Positions 60,467 to 64,000 of a stretch of DNA of 64,000 nucleotides are shown here, one piece after another (position 1 is the first letter of the stretch; each line of letters starts with the position of its first letter). The notes under the pieces are model-generated. The model searched no databases and was not told where the DNA came from. It saw only the letters and a list, made by a program, of their open reading frames with translations. Both the position numbers and the translations under genes were made by a program. Origin of the DNA: Bigelowiella natans CCMP2755 (Eukaryota; Protista; Cercozoa); NCBI GenBank assembly GCA_000320545.1, contig ADNK01001475.1, forward strand, positions 37,900 through 101,899, in the 5' to 3' direction.

Positions 60467-62495
60467 CGTACTAATACAAAGCAAGATCGTCATCGTCATC
60501 ATCGTCACGAAAACTCTTCACAGCACCTGCAAATTTTGCCAAAGTAGCCACCATGAGCTTGTCCGTTGGTGTGCATGTTGGGGAGTTCATGTTGAGCGTA
60601 TCAGAAAGAATGGCGGAGAGCAGGAGGCCGGCAATGTTCTTTGGAAGCTTAACACGATTGCGGAAGTAGGTGTGGGATAGGATAGTAGCAACGGATCTGA
60701 TCATAGTCATATAATCATTACCAACAAGAGCCTCTGCCACTACTATTCTATGCGAAGGACCATCAAACACGTGTCTTCTTCTTCCATTCCATCAGATATC
60801 ACATATATTATATATCTCACTTCGGTGCTATGAACGTAGTTTCTTTGTTAGTTACCCACCCCCATGGTCTGATGTCGATATAAATCGGATAGTCAACAGC
60901 TACAGCGCCGTCTCTGAGAGCGTGGTGATCGATGATGCCCTTGATCTTGCTCTCTTGGACCTGAAGAAGCAACGAATGTGAGCGCGTCAATATCATCATC
61001 ATCATCATCATCGTCATCATCATCATCGTCATGGCCATCATCACCATCATGCTTATCTTCATCATTAAGCGCAGAGTTAATGAACTTCTGCATACATGCA
61101 CAGCTGTCATACAACACTCAAAATAGCAGATCTTACCCCCTCGGTGAGTTGCGATCGTTGGTTAAAATCCACAAGGCACACATCCCGATCTTGCACGCCT
61201 TCGATGTCTTTGAACATCTCTGGAAGCTTGAATCCCCACTTTTCCAAGACCCATTCTGTCTCCGTATTGATCTCGGAGGCACGGGCAGGTGTGCCGCTGA
61301 TGAGTGATGATGCGTGATGAATGATAATGATGACGGTAATGAAACAATAGCCATAAAATCAATATATTACTTGAAAAAGAATGGTTTGGCAATGATGATT
61401 TACATCATCATTTGCAAGAACAGAGCATGCTTAGTTGTCTATGACCGGGCATGGTGCTACTTACCCGAAAAGATGGGAAGCTGCTATTCCAGCAGCGATT
61501 GAGTCCAAATCAGTATTTGTGTGTCCAACGAACACACATCCCTTCAGCTCCATATCGTATTGGAATACAGGCTGTGAATGTGCTTTCTACATTATTTAGA
61601 GGAGGACCAAGTTGTGGCAAAAGAAAATCGTCAGCTGATGGAGTGGATGACCTATCCATTTTTTTTGCTTCTTATCATGTGTGATATATTCCCAACAAGC
61701 CGATATTACCTCATCAGCCAATGCCTGATCAACGATGGCTGTTGCCTGGGCATCATTCTTCTCCACTTCCTAAAAATGATGATGATGATGATGATACGCG
61801 GAAGAAGTTGGTGTCATTCGTTGATACCATGCATCATTCCTTGGAGTGAATCAAATCTACCTTTTCTAAAACAGACTTCTGTCGTGATAGTCCAGGTAGA
61901 CCAAGAGGAACTTGATCTGTCATTTTTCCTTTTCCCGTTTGTGTAGGTTTGCTGTCTTCGTGTATTATTTGTCGAGGCTGCTCTCCGTTAAGCTTAAAAT
62001 TTAGCGACATAATAATCATAAGCAAGTCCAGATAAAGCTAGAAACTATTCCTACCGTTCCGCACCCTACTGTGGCAAATTATCAGGCTTCCGAACACCCT
62101 GAGAGAGGATAGCAGAACTTCGTGAAGGGTGGGGTATACTATTAATCAACATCACCACCTTGATCGAAAATGACTTTATTTTTTTAAATTTTGCAATGCA
62201 AAAGTACCACGCGACAATATTGTACGTATTATTAATGATGATAATTGCCGTAATAGTCTCCACAAGATATTTACAAAGAGATCTCATTGCAGCTACGTAC
62301 ACGGAGTGGTGGTAACGCTTGGTTCAATCAATCCAACGCAACAACAGCAATACAAACAACAATAGCATGGATATTTGGATTAAAAAACACCCTTGACTTA
62401 TCTGAATATGGTTCATACTCTTCCTTACGATTTTTCAGTCTTTTCTTTGATATGAAAACATCGGAGCCTGGGTTCTCCTCCTCAGTCGTTCAACC
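58169..62495 (-). CDS. ppaC: Family II manganese-dependent inorganic pyrophosphatase (DHH + DHHA2), with N-terminal extension of uncertain extent
   Basis: Exons: CVFVGHTNTDLDSIAAGIAA, SEINTETEWVLEKWG, VCLVDFNQRSQ, IKGIIDHHAL, IDIRPWG, ATILSH, AGLLLSAILSDTLNMNSPTCTPTD, ILLADLKRF, IAFGVCET, FFAVIDVIK, VSRKKTMVPPI; stop TAG at 58169-58171. Confidence 0.88.
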
Positions 62496-62745
62496 ACGCT
62501 ATGGCTTCTCGCCAAGAGGTCCTCCTCGCACCTGCACATTAAGAGCCGCTCTCAGTTTCTCATTGAATAACTGCTTCGTACTAGGTTCTGGGCTGGAGGA
62601 GGGGGAGGGCTCCTCTTATTGCTCTTTCAGTATTCTTCCTCTCTTTCACATCGCTGCTGTCAGGTGGAATCTGAACCTTCCCACACGTTTATGTCGGTGC
62701 TTTCTCAGCTGTCTCTATCGTGTCTCAGGCTACGAAAACCTTCAT

Positions 62746-63519
62746 ATGCCAAGATTGGGGAAGAAATTTAGGGTGGGCGCAGAGAGCATAATGAAAATGA
62801 GTGAAAATAATAAAACAATAACGACACAACGATAGATACCCTGTCTGTCTACCGTGACAAATTTATATTCATTATCTGCATGCATGCATGTGTGTATGTA
62901 TACTAGCAGTATGCTAGTATGCACAGTCCCCCCCCCCCCTTTCCCCCTCCCTTCCCTCTCTTCATTCATCATAACTCTGATATTTACGATTCTCAGCGAC
63001 AATCGATAAAGAACGCCCTGCGGAGAGGACGCAAGACAGAAGCGCAAAATAGAAGGAACAGGGCTTATGTTAAGGCGATCAGAGAAGACCCTAATCAGCC
63101 AGATATTCCTGTGAGTATTAGGTATGTCTTTACTTTATAATTGTGATGCAGCATCGCTTATGAAGTATGGTTATCACTTCAAGCGGCAAATGGCAGAAAC
63201 GGTACAAGATGGCAGATCTTAAGATGAAACCAAAGAACCTGCTGGAATGGGAAGAAAAGCGAAGAAGGTAATTCGTGATTTTGGATGGTGTAATCTAGTC
63301 GATGGAGAAGCAGTAGAATATGGAGAGACGAGTTCAATCAATCAATTCGGCTACATCTCTGTCCTGCGACTTCAAGCAAGATGACATAGCTCGGGAGTTG
63401 AGCCTCAGTCTGCCCCCCCCCCACCCCCATTTGTTGCTTGCATCTACTGCTATCTAGGGAAAAGGATGGAGAGTTTTATGGAATTGACACAGATTCCACC
63501 GATGAGGAAGTAGTAACGC

Positions 63520-63551
<32 letters not shown>

Positions 63552-64000
63552 AATGAGGAAGAAAAAGATAATGATGGTGATGACCAAAGCCGTAGCACTC
63601 GTAACAATTGGAGAAGAAGAAGTATATAAATCGAGGCTGCAATACCTTAGGGAATAGCATCACGAATAAATATAGAGAGATGTATCCCTCTCAAAAATTG
63701 AATCTCTTTTATCTTACGTCGTGGCCCCCCCCCCACACGCCATGCAAGCGGAGATTTTTGGTTATTATCTATTGGCGGATTTGGCTGAGATGGGGGATTC
63801 GACCGGGTGTGCTATAAAGCGCCACTGCATTAAGTCTCCGCCCGGATAGAATAGAGCTATGGTTTAAGTATAAGTGTACCTAGCCTACGGAGGTATGAAA
63901 AAAAAATAAAAGTCAAATCCTTCGGTGGAGGGGGGCAATAGCGCCCCCGGATGCGTTTTGGGTTGTGATTCTCTCGCAGGCGGTCGTCCGCTTTTCCGAG
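62746..64000 (+). CDS. 5' exons of an unknown basic/acidic protein, probably continuing beyond the window
   Basis: MPRLGKKFR|RQSIKNALRRGRKTEAQNRRNRAYVKAIREDPNQPDIP|..MVITSSGKWQKRYKMADLKMKPKNLLEWEEKRR|..EKDGEFYGIDTDSTDEE, bounded by GT-AG; divergent from the PPase gene. Confidence 0.45.

Overview
Eukaryotic (protist-like) nuclear DNA with about 10-11 intron-rich genes. Their introns are packed with microsatellites ((TAG)n/(CTA)n, (CAT)n/(ATG)n, (GAA)n, (TA)n), so most ORFs in the supplied track are artefacts; I rebuilt the genes by reading GT..AG exon chains by eye. In order: 3' end of a double-UBA protein; an unknown exon chain; an ABC-F ATPase with a C-terminal SH3/KOW-like module; a TFIIS-central-domain + Tudor protein (minus); a calcyphosin-like EF-hand protein spliced in frame to a UMP-CMP/adenylate kinase; a two-RRM Gbp2/hnRNP-M-like protein; a GGCT-fold protein (minus); a Sel1-repeat protein; a bacterial-mobile-element-type Toprim primase; a family II (DHH/DHHA2) pyrophosphatase (minus); and the 5' part of an unknown gene. 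Main discovery candidate: the longer intergenic spacers (strongest at ~34.3-36.7 kb and ~38.1-40.6 kb; partial at ~17.5-18.3, ~49.9-50.8 and ~57.3-58.1 kb) have almost no TpA and are rich in TG/CA/CG. Surviving TpA is mostly in CTAG, and duplicated sequences inside these spacers differ mainly by CA/TG/CG swaps, while (TA)n tracts in introns are untouched. This looks like a locus-targeted TpA->TpG/CpA (A:T->G:C) hypermutation process, opposite in direction to fungal RIP. Second candidate: an intron-containing eukaryotic gene for an alphaproteobacterial-plasmid/phage-type Toprim primase that may be organelle-targeted. All counts and alignments were done by eye; no database searches were run and the organism cannot be identified from the sequence.
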